Shown: one piece after another, positions 37,961-47,607 of the stretch | Layout of the letters: the number at the start of each line of letters is the position of its first letter | Numbering within the stretch: position 1 is the first letter of the stretch | Assembly (NCBI GenBank): GCA_965219875.1 | Contig: CBDCOW010000003.1 | Span: 1,276,479-1,340,478, forward strand | Origin: Dehalococcoidia bacterium | Lineage (GTDB): Bacteria > Chloroflexota > Dehalococcoidia > SHYB01 | DNA: 64,000 nucleotides | Direction of reading: 5' to 3' | Translations under genes and position numbers: made by a program | The notes under the pieces: generated by a model | What the model was told of the DNA's origin: nothing | Databases searched by the model: none | The model's input: only the letters and a program-made list of their open reading frames with translations

Positions 37961-39400
37961 ATGACTGATAACAACGGCAACGGGGCGACCATCGAAGTCG
38001 ATGTCGGCGACCTCGAAGAGCTCGCGCGGCGGGGCGCGTTGACCGACGATCAGATCGACGACCTGCGGCGCGCGGCGGACGCCGGCCCCGAGGCGCGGGT
38101 CCTCGCCGTGCCGTCCGAGCGGCTTGATTGGCTCACCGGCGAGGGGAGGCTTAGCGCCGCGCAGGCAGAGCTCGTGCGGGCCAAGGGAAAGACCGAGCGT
38201 CCCTTTAGCCTGTTCAACGTCCGGCTCACCCTCAGCGTCGTCCTCATCATCATCGGCGTCGGCGTCATCGCGATTTCGCTGGTGGGCCTCTTCGACGTGG
38301 CGGACACGCGGCTGGGACGCAGCCTCATCATCGCGGGCATCATGGCCGCCTTCGCCGTCGTGGGCAAAGTCGCAGGAGCGCGCGGGTCGCCGCTCGCCGG
38401 CGAACTGCTGGTGATGACGGGCATCGTGCTCACCCCTGCGCTCGCTGGCGGCGCGGCGGAGGGACGGGCCATTCCCCTCTCCGCCGTCGCCTCGGCCATG
38501 GGGGTCCTGGCGGGGCTGGGATGGTACGTCCGCAACCCGTCGAGCGCGGTCTATCAGGCGCTCGACGGCCCGAAACGGCCGTTTACTCTGAGCGCGGGCC
38601 CCTTCGCCGTCCTGATTCTCCTCATCATGGTGCCGGCTCTTCCCTTCCTCATCCTGCTCCTGCCCGTCCTGGCCACGCGGTACATGCGGCCGCACATCTT
38701 CAGCGACACACTGGTCATGCTGTCAGCGGCCATGACCCCCGCGCTGATCGTGACCATCGGCTATGCGGCCGACGTCGACCCCGGCGACTGGACGGGCGTG
38801 GTCATCGTCTACCCAAGCCTCGCGGTCTACGCGGCGGGATTTGTGCTCAGCGGGCGCTACCCCTTCTACGCGGCGCTCGCCGGCGGCGCGCTCCTCGCGG
38901 CCCCGCTCGTCACCCTCCTGGGATTCGGACAAGACCAAATCGGGCCGAGGACGGTCGGCGCGGTCCTCGCGGGCACGGGCGCCTTCGTCGCCGCGGTCGG
39001 GCTTGCCGCCGAGCCGCGCCGCGATAGTCCCGCCGCGGTATCGAGCCCGACGTTCTGGCTCGACATCGTGGGGCTGAGCGCGCTAGCCGCCGGCGTCGGT
39101 ATCGCACTGGACGATTTCGACAACGAGGGCATCTACGCCGGATTCGCCGTGCTGAGCGTGCTCCTGATCGCCGGCGGCGTAGCGATGCACCGGCTCACCT
39201 GGACGCTGGTGGGCCTCGGCGCGCTGGCCTCTTACGTCATCCACCTGCTCGCCGACGTCCTGGGCGCGGGCGGCAGTTACGTGCTGACGTTGGCCGGCTT
39301 GGCCATCGTCGCTGCCTCGCTATACTACCGAGCCAGGGTCGAGAGGCGGCGACCGCCGTCCAACCCTCCAGTTGAGTCCGAATCGGACCCGCCCCTATAA
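37961..39400 (+). CDS. polytopic membrane protein of unknown function
   Basis: ATG at 37961 with a GAAAGGGG RBS. An N-terminal ~90 aa soluble segment is followed by 10 or more hydrophobic helices. Confidence 0.6.
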   Translation: MTDNNGNGATIEVDVGDLEELARRGALTDDQIDDLRRAADAGPEARVLAVPSERLDWLTGEGRLSAAQAELVRAKGKTERPFSLFNVRLTLSVVLIIIGVGVIAISLVGLFDVADTRLGRSLIIAGIMAAFAVVGKVAGARGSPLAGELLVMTGIVLTPALAGGAAEGRAIPLSAVASAMGVLAGLGWYVRNPSSAVYQALDGPKRPFTLSAGPFAVLILLIMVPALPFLILLLPVLATRYMRPHIFSDTLVMLSAAMTPALIVTIGYAADVDPGDWTGVVIVYPSLAVYAAGFVLSGRYPFYAALAGGALLAAPLVTLLGFGQDQIGPRTVGAVLAGTGAFVAAVGLAAEPRRDSPAAVSSPTFWLDIVGLSALAAGVGIALDDFDNEGIYAGFAVLSVLLIAGGVAMHRLTWTLVGLGALASYVIHLLADVLGAGGSYVLTLAGLAIVAASLYYRARVERRRPPSNPPVESESDPPL

Positions 39401-39444
39401 TTTCCTCTGTGCCGCCGACGCAACGGCGAAGCGGCAAGACAACG

Positions 39445-39726
39445 GTGACAGCAGTGAACGTACGGACAAGGTTCTTCGCGCTCTACCGCGAGCGCATCGG
39501 CAGGGACACCGCCGAGTTCGAGGTCGGCGGCGGCTCGACCGTCGGCGACTTGATCGAGGTCGTCATGCGGGAGCACCCCGGCTTGTGCCCCAACCCCTCG
39601 GCGCTTGTCGCAGCGGTCAACCAAGAGTACGTGGACCACGATCACCCGCTCGCCGAGGGCGACGAGGTCGCCTTCATCCCGCCGGTGAGCGGCGGAGCGC
39701 CCTCCCCGGACAGAGGCGCTCGATGA
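39445..39726 (+). CDS. moaD: MoaD/ThiS-family sulfur carrier with short C-terminal extension after GG
   Basis: GTG start. A beta-grasp fold ends …AFIPPVSGG followed by APSPDRGAR. It overlaps the moaE start. Confidence 0.6.
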   Translation: MTAVNVRTRFFALYRERIGRDTAEFEVGGGSTVGDLIEVVMREHPGLCPNPSALVAAVNQEYVDHDHPLAEGDEVAFIPPVSGGAPSPDRGAR

Positions 39727-40136
39727 TTGTCGTCACGCGAGACGCAATGGACCCCCGCGAGGTCGAGGCCAGCCTGTCCCCGCAGATCCACGGGGCGGTG
39801 CTGACCTTCCAGGGCACCGTGCGCCTCTGGAGCGAAGGGCGGAAGGTCCACTACCTCGACTACGAGGCCTACCCCGAGATGGCCGAGGCGAAGCTGCGCG
39901 AAATCGCCGACGAGGTGCGTCAGCGCGAGGACATAGAGGACATCGCGATCTACCACCGCATCGGCAAACTGGGGATAGGCGAGACGAGCCTCGTCGTCTC
40001 GGTGGCCTCGAAGCACCGCCGCCCCGGATTCGACGCCTGCCTCTACACCATCGAACGCATCAAGGAAATCGTCCCAATCTGGAAAAAGGAAGTCTGGGAC
40101 GAGGGCGAGGCCTGGGTCGGCACCGAGGGCGCGTAA
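39723..40136 (+). CDS. moaE: molybdopterin synthase catalytic subunit MoaE
   Basis: 137 aa (MIVVTRDAMDPREVEA…IAIYHRIGKL…VPIWKKE), matching the MoaE family. Confidence 0.8.
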   Translation: MIVVTRDAMDPREVEASLSPQIHGAVLTFQGTVRLWSEGRKVHYLDYEAYPEMAEAKLREIADEVRQREDIEDIAIYHRIGKLGIGETSLVVSVASKHRRPGFDACLYTIERIKEIVPIWKKEVWDEGEAWVGTEGA

Positions 40137-40332
40137 CACCGCACAAGAGGCCGCCCGTCCCACTATTCCCGCGAGAAGCGGGGCTCTAGCCCTTATTTGG
40201 GCATGGCACTCGAACCTGCCAGTCACCGCAAGTAGTAGTTGCGCAGAGGTCTCCGTAGAGAGCGCGGATGGCGTTCAGTAGGCGACAGGGCAGCTCGCGC
40301 TCCTTGGCCGTGGTGGGGATTGCTCTGGTACG

Positions 40333-41037
40333 ATGGCTCGCGCTATGGGGTTCTTCGTGACGTTTGAAGGGGGCGAGGGCGTCGGCAAGTCGACGCAGGT
40401 GGGTCGGCTGGCGGAGCGGCTGCGCGAGACGGGCCGCGAGGTCGTGACCGTGCGCGAGCCGGGGGGGACGCGGCTGGGCGAGGAGGTACGGCGCTGGGTG
40501 CGCGGCGTCGATCTCTCCCGCGAGACGGAGCTGCTGCTTTTCACCGCTGCGCGGGCCGAGCTCGTGGCCACGGCGATCAGGCCGAGCCTTGAACGAGGGG
40601 CCGTCGTCATCGCCGACCGCTTTGCCGACTCCACGATGGCGTACCAGGGCTACGCCCGGGGCATTGACGTCGACGTCGTGCGCGGGGTCAACGCCGCCGC
40701 CACGGGCGGTCTCACGCCCGACCTCACACTGCTCCTCGACCTGCCCGCGGAGGATGGCCTCACGCGGGCGGGCGTGACCCGGCGCTCCAAGTCGGGCAAG
40801 CAGACCGTGGGGCAGCTCGGCTTCAGTTTGGCAACCGAACCGGCCGACCTGGGGCGGGAAGAGGAACAAGGGTCGCGCTTCGAGCAGGAAGGCCTCGCCT
40901 TTCACCGCCGGGTGCGGAGCGGCTTTCTGAAGCTGGCCAAGGAGTCGCCGGAGCGCATCCTGGTCATCGACGCCGCGATAGACGCCGACGCGGTAGGCGA
41001 GGCCGTGTGGGGAGCGGTCAGCGCCAGGCTCGGCTAG
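40333..41037 (+). CDS. tmk: thymidylate kinase
   Basis: FVTFEGGEGVGKST P-loop and a DRF motif (IADRFADS). Confidence 0.85.
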   Translation: MARAMGFFVTFEGGEGVGKSTQVGRLAERLRETGREVVTVREPGGTRLGEEVRRWVRGVDLSRETELLLFTAARAELVATAIRPSLERGAVVIADRFADSTMAYQGYARGIDVDVVRGVNAAATGGLTPDLTLLLDLPAEDGLTRAGVTRRSKSGKQTVGQLGFSLATEPADLGREEEQGSRFEQEGLAFHRRVRSGFLKLAKESPERILVIDAAIDADAVGEAVWGAVSARLG

Positions 41038-41040
41038 GTG

Positions 41041-41847
41041 TCAGCTTCCCTCGAAGTTAGGGGGGCGCTTCTCGACGAAGGAACGGAAGCCCTCGCGGAA
41101 GTCGCCGGTGGTCATCAGGCGCTCCTGCTGGAACGAGCCGAACTCGAGGTCCTGCTCCAAGGTGCCCGACTCGGCGCGATAGACGGCGCGCTTGGCCAGC
41201 GCCATGGCCACGGAAGGCCCCTCGGCGAACTTCCGCGCCATCGCCTTGCAGAACGGCAGCAGCTCGTCGTGGGGGACGACGTGCGCCACCAGGCCAAGCT
41301 CCAGCGCCTGCTGGGGCAGGATGGGATCGCCGGCGAAGATGAGCTCGAGCGCCTTTTGGGTACCGACGGCCTTGGTGAGCAGGTAGTTCGCGCCCATGTC
41401 GGGCATGAGTCCCCGCTTCACGAAGAGGGGCGCGAGCCTCGCCTGATCGGAGAGCACGCGGATGTCGGTGCCGAGGGCGATGCTCATGCCCGCCCCGGCG
41501 GCGACCCCGTTGATTGCGGCGATCACGGGGAAGCTAGCGTTGCGGAACAGATAGACCGGCTGCCAATCGGGCCGGGGCCGCGGCCAGGTGAACTGTGACC
41601 GGACCTGCTCGTGCTCCCGCGCCTGCATGTCGTTGACGTCCATGCCGGAGCAGAAGCCGCGCCCCACCGCGGTGACGATCAACGCCTTGAAGGTGGGGTC
41701 CTCCTCCAGCGCCCGGATGAGCCGGCGCGTTTCGAGGAGCATCTCCGTACTGATGGCGTTGAGCGTCTGGGGGCGGTTCCAGGCGATGGTCCCGACGCCC
41801 CCCTCACGCTCGAACAGGATGAGTTCGGACTCTGAAGTCAAGGTCAT
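41041..41847 (-). CDS. enoyl-CoA hydratase/isomerase (crotonase fold)
   Basis: 268 aa (…AWNRPQTLNA…GRGFCSGMDV…). Confidence 0.8.
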   Translation of the reverse strand: MTLTSESELILFEREGGVGTIAWNRPQTLNAISTEMLLETRRLIRALEEDPTFKALIVTAVGRGFCSGMDVNDMQAREHEQVRSQFTWPRPRPDWQPVYLFRNASFPVIAAINGVAAGAGMSIALGTDIRVLSDQARLAPLFVKRGLMPDMGANYLLTKAVGTQKALELIFAGDPILPQQALELGLVAHVVPHDELLPFCKAMARKFAEGPSVAMALAKRAVYRAESGTLEQDLEFGSFQQERLMTTGDFREGFRSFVEKRPPNFEGS

Positions 41848-41944
41848 GGATCGAAGCCTCCGGGGCCGGCGCGACGGCGTTGCGCCAACTCTAGGGGAGC
41901 GGCGCGGCGGGCGTCAAACGGCCCTCTCTCAGTCTCCCCCAGAA

Positions 41945-42109
41945 GAGACCTTTGCGTAACCGGGGTGACTGACCGCGAAGGTGGCGGACTTCGATAACCC
42001 GTGGCGGTTGCGAGGGTGCCCCTCATCTCAATCTTCTCCAGTGGGGAGAAGAGGCAAGACCTCCCGGCCCCACCCATGCTTGCCCGCGGGCGGTTGTGCA
42101 AAGGTCTCC
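41945..42109. mobile_element. MITE-like element, copy 3
   Basis: TIR AGAGACCTTTGCGTAACC … GGTTGTGCAAAGGTCTCC. It is flanked by CTCTCCCCCAGA/GGGGGAGAG palindromes. Confidence 0.6.
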
Positions 42110-42171
42110 AGAGGGGGAGAGGTTTATGGTGTGATTGACGGGGCGGCGGCGGGGGCTTCAGAATACCTGCC

Positions 42172-42903
42172 GTGGCCGCGCTCGACATCGTCATCCCCTG
42201 CCTGAACGAGGAGCGGCAGCTTCCCATCGCCCTCGATACGCTCTCGGCGTTCTGCACCGAGCGGCTGAGCGCCTACCGGTGGCGCATCGTCGTGGCCGAC
42301 AACGGGTCGGAGGACGGCACCCACGAGATCGCCCAGGAGTGGGCGGCCCGCGCCCCGGAGCGGTTCGGTGCGCTGCGCCTCGAACAACGGGGGCGGGGCC
42401 GGGCGCTGAAGGCGGCGTGGACGGCGAGCGCCGCCGACGTCGTGGCGTACATGGACGTCGATCTGTCCACCGACTTGGAGGCGCTGCCCACGCTGGTCGA
42501 GGCCGTCGGGTCCGGCGACTGCGACATCGCCATCGGCTCGCGGCTGGCGAAGGGGTCGCGGGTGATCGGGCGCACGGTCAAGCGCGAGATCACGTCGCGG
42601 GGCTACATGTTCCTGCTCAAGGCGGTTTTCTGGGTCGGCTTCTCCGACGCGCAATGCGGGTTCAAGGCGCTGAGCCGCCACGCCGCCGACGAGATCGTGC
42701 CGCTGATCGAGGACACGGGCTGGTTCTTCGATACGGAGCTGCTACTGATCGCGGAGCGCAACGGCTACCGCGTCCGCGACGTCCCGGTGGTGTGGCGCGA
42801 CGATCCCGACACCCGCGTGCGCATCGTCAAGACGGCGGTGGAAGACCTGCGGGGCATGTGGCGGCTGCGGGTCGGCGGCAGGCCCACGACGGCGGGCGGC
42901 TGA
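42172..42903 (+). CDS. family 2 glycosyltransferase (polyprenyl-phosphate sugar synthase-like)
   Basis: GTG start. It carries the VIPCLNEE…ADNGSEDGT…MDVDLS DxD GT2-A fold signature. Confidence 0.75.
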   Translation: MAALDIVIPCLNEERQLPIALDTLSAFCTERLSAYRWRIVVADNGSEDGTHEIAQEWAARAPERFGALRLEQRGRGRALKAAWTASAADVVAYMDVDLSTDLEALPTLVEAVGSGDCDIAIGSRLAKGSRVIGRTVKREITSRGYMFLLKAVFWVGFSDAQCGFKALSRHAADEIVPLIEDTGWFFDTELLLIAERNGYRVRDVPVVWRDDPDTRVRIVKTAVEDLRGMWRLRVGGRPTTAGG

Positions 42904-42988
42904 CGCACCCATCTTTCCTTGACGCGTCGAAACGCGCATGGATACACTGGTTCGGTTGGGCTCCTTCCGGGGCCGCAACGTCACCTCC

Positions 42989-43064
<76 letters not shown>

Positions 43065-43082
43065 CACGTAACGAGGGGCGTC

Positions 43083-44240
43083 GTGCGTCGTAAGCAGCGT
43101 CTGGCATTTGTTGTCACCGCGGCGGGCGTGCTCAGCCTGGTGCTGAGCGCTTGCGCTTCGGGCGGCGGGGTCGAGGGGCTGGAGTCGACGGTGGACGCGC
43201 GCGTCGCCACGGCGCTGGCGTCGCAGCCGACGGCGACGTCGCAGCCTATGCCGCCACCCCAGCCGACGGTCACGCCACAGCCGACATCGACGCCACAGCC
43301 CGCAGCCACGCCGCAACCGACGCCGACGCCACAGCCGACATCGACGCCACAGCCGCTCGCCGTGGTCGGAAGCGACGGTGACGTGGTCGTCTTTCCGACG
43401 CCGTTGCCCACCGCGACGCCGGTGATCGTGCCGCCCCCGCCGCCGCCGGCGACGCCGCAGCCGACCGCCACGCCGCAACCGACGGCGACACCCGCGCCGA
43501 CCGTGACACCGCAGACCATCCCCAGCCCTGGAGCGGCGCCGCCAACGGTGCGCCCGACGGCCACCCCACGGCCCACGCCCACGCCGACAGCAACCGCCGC
43601 GCCGCCAGCCCTTGGCGACATCCTGGAGAGTGTCACGCGGGCGACGGTACTCATCGAGACCCTTGAGAAGGCCGGGTCGGGGTTCTTCATCTCAGACGAC
43701 ATCATCCTGTCCAACGCCCACATCTTCGACCAAGACGACGTGGGTTCCCCGTTCGTGCTCCGGAATAAATTCAACGAGAAGATCGAAACGGTGCTCGTCT
43801 ACCGGGGCGTGCTGGTCGACGTGGCCGTGCTGGAGCGCGTGTCGCTGGGCCAAGTCGCGGGGCCGGAAACGACGACGATTCCGAGAGGCGCGCCGGCGCG
43901 CCTCGGGGACCGGGTTTTCGTCGTCGGCTTTCCAACGAGGTCGCTGCAGGCCGCCGCGCCAACGATCGTCATCACTGCGGGCATCGTGTCGGCCACGCCG
44001 TTCCTGCAAGGGCTCAAGTTCTCCAACGAGGAGCCCAGGCCGATGAGGTGGGTGCAGACCGACACGCCGTTCAACTCCGGCAACAGCGGGGGGCCGTTGG
44101 TCAACGAACAGGGTGAAGTCGTCGGCATCGTGACTTGGAAGTTCGTCGGCGCCACGATCGACGGGCTGAACATGGCGCTGCCCATCGACACCGCGCTCTC
44201 GGTGATCCCCAAGTCAATCTACGACCACGACGCGGAGTAG
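43083..44240 (+). CDS. secreted trypsin-like serine protease lipoprotein (S1 family) with Pro/Thr-rich linker
   Basis: GTG start. A lipobox (LSAC), a QPT/PQP repeat linker, and the catalytic motif GNSGGPLV are present. Confidence 0.75.
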   Translation: MRRKQRLAFVVTAAGVLSLVLSACASGGGVEGLESTVDARVATALASQPTATSQPMPPPQPTVTPQPTSTPQPAATPQPTPTPQPTSTPQPLAVVGSDGDVVVFPTPLPTATPVIVPPPPPPATPQPTATPQPTATPAPTVTPQTIPSPGAAPPTVRPTATPRPTPTPTATAAPPALGDILESVTRATVLIETLEKAGSGFFISDDIILSNAHIFDQDDVGSPFVLRNKFNEKIETVLVYRGVLVDVAVLERVSLGQVAGPETTTIPRGAPARLGDRVFVVGFPTRSLQAAAPTIVITAGIVSATPFLQGLKFSNEEPRPMRWVQTDTPFNSGNSGGPLVNEQGEVVGIVTWKFVGATIDGLNMALPIDTALSVIPKSIYDHDAE

Positions 44241-44257
44241 GCGGGCGGCGGCGGCGC

Positions 44258-45064
44258 CTAGAAGAATCTGCCCCAGCCCGCCTTCTTCGTCGTCTCGTTC
44301 CAGAACTTGGTCCCAAGACGGTCCTTGCTTGCGAAGAAGAGGTAGTACTGCACTACCCCCCTGTTGTCCGTGATGGGGACAGGTGTCGGCTGATTCGCCG
44401 GGTACCCTAACTTCGTCAGCCGGTTCCCGTAATGACTCAGCAGCGCCTGGGTGGGGTCAGGCGCCGACTCGTAGATCGACTCCCATTGGCCGTCGTCCCC
44501 GAACATTTCGGTGATCTTCTGGGTCGGCGCCTTCACTGATCGCCTAATGCCGAGCGTCTGAACGTTGACCAGGAGGTCTACACGTCGGTTGGCTGTTAGT
44601 GCCCCAATCGTCTCAAACTTGATGTTGAATGCGAATGGATCCACAAACATGAGGGTCAGTGCGGTTGCCGGAATAAAGCGCCGAAGTTCTGTGATCACGC
44701 GAGGATCATTGCAATCTCCGGAGCGAATGAGAACCCGGTCTTGTGCGACCAGGCCGGCACTTCTTCCAGTCAGCGCTTGAATATGGTTTGGGTCTTGGTC
44801 TACGAAAGCGTAGTGCGTGAACTGCTGTTCCAGCTTGAGCATGCGGATGGGAGAGCCATCAAACGTCTCTTCTGGGCTTCGCTTCACTCTAGCCATACCG
44901 GGGCCTGCAAAGAGGTCGATGTACCCACGATGATTCCACTTTCGGTGCATGGCGTTGTTGAAGATATTGGCGTAGTACTCGAGCTTCGAAAGCTTGTCTT
45001 GAGCCCAGTATCCGGCCTCAAGGATGGGGGAGCCGTCTGGCCCTGGGCGACAGTTCTTGCACAT
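44258..45064 (-). CDS. putative three-Cys-motif partner protein (TcmP-like), methyltransferase-fold
   Basis: ATG at 45064, 5 nt after the stop of the upstream DUF5131 gene. A DLFAGPG (SAM motif-I-like) and a later FVDPF (motif-IV-like) are present. The gene is lower in GC. The N-terminal 113 codons of track ORF 44258-45403 are antisense overlap and not coding. Confidence 0.5.
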   Translation of the reverse strand: MCKNCRPGPDGSPILEAGYWAQDKLSKLEYYANIFNNAMHRKWNHRGYIDLFAGPGMARVKRSPEETFDGSPIRMLKLEQQFTHYAFVDQDPNHIQALTGRSAGLVAQDRVLIRSGDCNDPRVITELRRFIPATALTLMFVDPFAFNIKFETIGALTANRRVDLLVNVQTLGIRRSVKAPTQKITEMFGDDGQWESIYESAPDPTQALLSHYGNRLTKLGYPANQPTPVPITDNRGVVQYYLFFASKDRLGTKFWNETTKKAGWGRFF

Positions 45065-45069
45065 ACCGC

Positions 45070-45786
45070 CTAAGCCGCCTGCGGCATTGCCCGCCAGAGC
45101 TGGCCGTCGAGGAGGGCTCGGTCTTTGCCCCGCTTGTCGATGGGGCCGCCGAGCTGCTTGAGGAAGTAGGGCACGCCGCTTGCGTCGCACTGGTCGCGGA
45201 TCGAGCGGGCCCAGTCCATCTTCATGGCGCGGGCGCCGGGGCCGCTCTCGCCGCCCGCGATCACCCAGTGCAAGCCGTCGAGGTCGAGCGTCAGCGGGCC
45301 GAGCAGCGGTTCGCAGGAGAGGAAGCGGACGCGGGCGGGGACTTCGCGCAGGTGGTCGATCCGCCAGGCGTAGGACTGATTCTCGACCGAGACCCCCATC
45401 CACACGTTGTCCGGCCAGGGTAGCGACGGGGCGAGCTCAGCGAGACGGTCGGCCCGCTTGGTGAGCACTTGAAAGGTGTGCCAGTGGGCGGCCCGCATGG
45501 TCTCGAACACCGAGCGTATGAAGTCGGCGGGCGCGTCGGGATGGAAGAGGTCGGACATGCTGTTGACGAAGACGCGGCGCGGCCGTCGCCAGCGGAGCGG
45601 CAAATCGACGAGGTCGGTGTGGAGCGTCAAGGCGAAGCCGCGTCCGTAGCGCGGATTCCCCATCGCCTTAAGGCGTTTGGCCATGCGCTCGGCGTAGCAC
45701 CGTTTGCAGCCCGGCGATATCTTGTTGCAACCCGTGACGGGGTTCCAGGTCGCCTCGGTCCACTCGATCGAGGAGGCTCCGGCCAT
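45070..45786 (-). CDS. DUF5131 / phage Gp37-Gp68 family protein (three-Cys motif)
   Basis: ATG at 45786 with a strong AGGAGG RBS. The N-terminus [28 protein letters not shown] carries the characteristic Cys-x6-Cys-x2-Cys. Confidence 0.6.
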   Translation of the reverse strand: MAGASSIEWTEATWNPVTGCNKISPGCKRCYAERMAKRLKAMGNPRYGRGFALTLHTDLVDLPLRWRRPRRVFVNSMSDLFHPDAPADFIRSVFETMRAAHWHTFQVLTKRADRLAELAPSLPWPDNVWMGVSVENQSYAWRIDHLREVPARVRFLSCEPLLGPLTLDLDGLHWVIAGGESGPGARAMKMDWARSIRDQCDASGVPYFLKQLGGPIDKRGKDRALLDGQLWRAMPQAA

Positions 45787-46039
45787 GTTGCTTCCCTCCT
45801 GGCGCTCCCTAGGATTGAAACTTTTTGATACTGGGGCAAGTAGCGGGTGGCACGGCTCAGTCGGCGCTGCTCGGTTGTCGATTATAGAGCGCCCCCGATC
45901 CGTCGGCACACAACAGCCTTACCCGCCCCGCGCGCAACGTTTAACCTTTCGCTAACATGGCGTTCACCTTTGCGGCTTGCGGGCGTGTACGCTAAGGGCT
46001 GCACGGGCGTGCACGGCGGGCGCGAGGGGAGGCGGACGT

Positions 46040-46156
46040 ATGGGGTATTTTCTTATGGGGCTGTTTACGGTGGTGGTGACGTCGATTGCGTTGGTGGACT
46101 TCGGGGCGCGCGTCCGTCGGGACGACATCAACGAACGCCCAGGCCCCCACCCCTAG
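46040..46156 (+). CDS. candidate small hydrophobic peptide (38 aa)
   Basis: GGAGG sits 7 nt upstream of the ATG. It encodes MGYFLMGLFTVVVTSIALVDFGARVRRDDINERPGPHP. There is no homology evidence. Confidence 0.2.
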   Translation: MGYFLMGLFTVVVTSIALVDFGARVRRDDINERPGPHP

Positions 46157-47403
46157 ACGGGTCGGTCCTCGCCGCGGGGGCCGAGGAGCAGGCCGCTCAC
46201 CGTGACCGCGATTGGCGCCACCGCGCTGACGACCAGTGCGGTGAACCGCGAGCCGCTGAGGTCGGAGACGACGCCAACGACGACGGGCCCGAGGATCGAG
46301 CCGCCCAGGATCAGCGTCATGATGAAGGATGAGCTCGCCGCGAGCGCCTTCGCCCCCGCCCTCGGCATCTCGAACGGCACCGTGAGTGCGATCGGCATGT
46401 AGCCCCATCCCAGGCCGACGGCGGTCGCGAAGAGGGCCAGGAGCCAGATATCCGTGGTGACCAGCATCCCGAACAGGCCCCCCGTCATCACCAGGCCCGC
46501 CACCGTCACCACCACCCGCCAGTTCCGGATCCGTGGCGCGTAGAGGCCGACGGCCAGCGCCGGCGGAATCGTGGTCAGGGAGACGAGGCCGAAGAGCCAC
46601 CCTGTCTGGGTCAACGGAACGTTGTGGTCTTCGAGCATGAAGATTGGCCAGAACGTGCCGAAGGAGGCCCACCCGAACGTGCCTCCGAAGGCGCCGATCC
46701 CGATGACCCACGCGGGGCGGTAGCGAAGGACGACGCCGAGCACGGACCGGCCTGCCGACGCCAGGGGGTGCTCGGTCCCCAGGCCGCGGCTCCGCCCGAA
46801 CACGACCCAGAAGAGGAACACGCCCACGCCGAAGAACGCATAGAGGTGGTACACCATCCGCCAGTCCCCGGTGACGTTGAGCAGGATGGGCGTAAGGAGC
46901 AGGACGAGGAACTCGGCGATGCCGGTGAGCGCCACGATCATGCCGGTGGCCAGCGGCGCCTCCGACAACGGATGCCAGAGCTGCGTCAAGACGGCGCGCG
47001 CCGGCCAGCGGACGGCAAGGGTGAAGCCAAAGCCGACGCGGGCGATGAAGAGGACAGCGAGGGACGGTGAGAGGCCGTGAAGGAAGGTGAAGAAGGCGCC
47101 GAAGGCCAGGGAGAGCGACGTCATGTGCAGGGGGTTGAAGCGGCTCATCATCAGGGCCGCGGGCAGCATCATGAGGGTGGGGCCGATGCGGATCGAAGCG
47201 CCGAGCCAGCCGCCCTGCGTATCGTTGATGCCGAACGTCTTGTCGATCTCGGGAAGCAGCAGGCCGAGCGAGAGCGTGGGCAGCGTCATCGCCCAGTTGG
47301 CAGCGCAGAGGCTGAAGAGGACCACCCAGCGGTAGGGGATGACGGGAAGTCCAGCGGCGGTCGTCGCCGATGGCGGCCCCGCCGGTGGCGGCGTTAGCGA
47401 CAA
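46153..47403 (-). CDS. MFS transporter
   Basis: 416 aa with 12 predicted TM helices. Confidence 0.75.
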   Translation of the reverse strand: MSLTPPPAGPPSATTAAGLPVIPYRWVVLFSLCAANWAMTLPTLSLGLLLPEIDKTFGINDTQGGWLGASIRIGPTLMMLPAALMMSRFNPLHMTSLSLAFGAFFTFLHGLSPSLAVLFIARVGFGFTLAVRWPARAVLTQLWHPLSEAPLATGMIVALTGIAEFLVLLLTPILLNVTGDWRMVYHLYAFFGVGVFLFWVVFGRSRGLGTEHPLASAGRSVLGVVLRYRPAWVIGIGAFGGTFGWASFGTFWPIFMLEDHNVPLTQTGWLFGLVSLTTIPPALAVGLYAPRIRNWRVVVTVAGLVMTGGLFGMLVTTDIWLLALFATAVGLGWGYMPIALTVPFEMPRAGAKALAASSSFIMTLILGGSILGPVVVGVVSDLSGSRFTALVVSAVAPIAVTVSGLLLGPRGEDRPV

Positions 47404-47434
47404 CGGTGGTTCTCCGTCAAGATGCTCCCCGCTT

Positions 47435-47607
47435 CAGTTGAGGGCGTAGAGGCCGGCGGCGTTGCCCGCGAGCATCGCGTGTTTCACGTCGGCGGGCACG
47501 CCCGGGAACTGCTCCTCGATGATCCGCTGCGAGTTGGGCCACGTGGTGTCGCTGTGCGGGTAGTCGGACGACCACATCTGGTTCTCCGTCCCGATGCGGT
47601 AGTCCAT
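47435..47607 (-). pseudogene. C-terminal remnant of an amidohydrolase-2 family gene
   Basis: It encodes MDYRIGTENQMWSSDYPHSDTTWPNSQRIIEEQFPGVPADVKHAMLAGNAAGLYALN, which aligns to the C-terminus of the intact amidohydrolase at 60774-61874 (…NAMWSSDYPHSDTLWP…KHALLKGNAIREYGL). The upstream part is replaced by REP/MITE repeats. Confidence 0.5.

Noticed and set aside
44258-45403. 381-aa version of the TcmP-like ORF
   Set aside because: The N-terminal 113 codons overlap the upstream DUF5131 gene in another frame and are Arg/Pro-rich. ATG 45064, just after the DUF5131 stop, is the plausible start.
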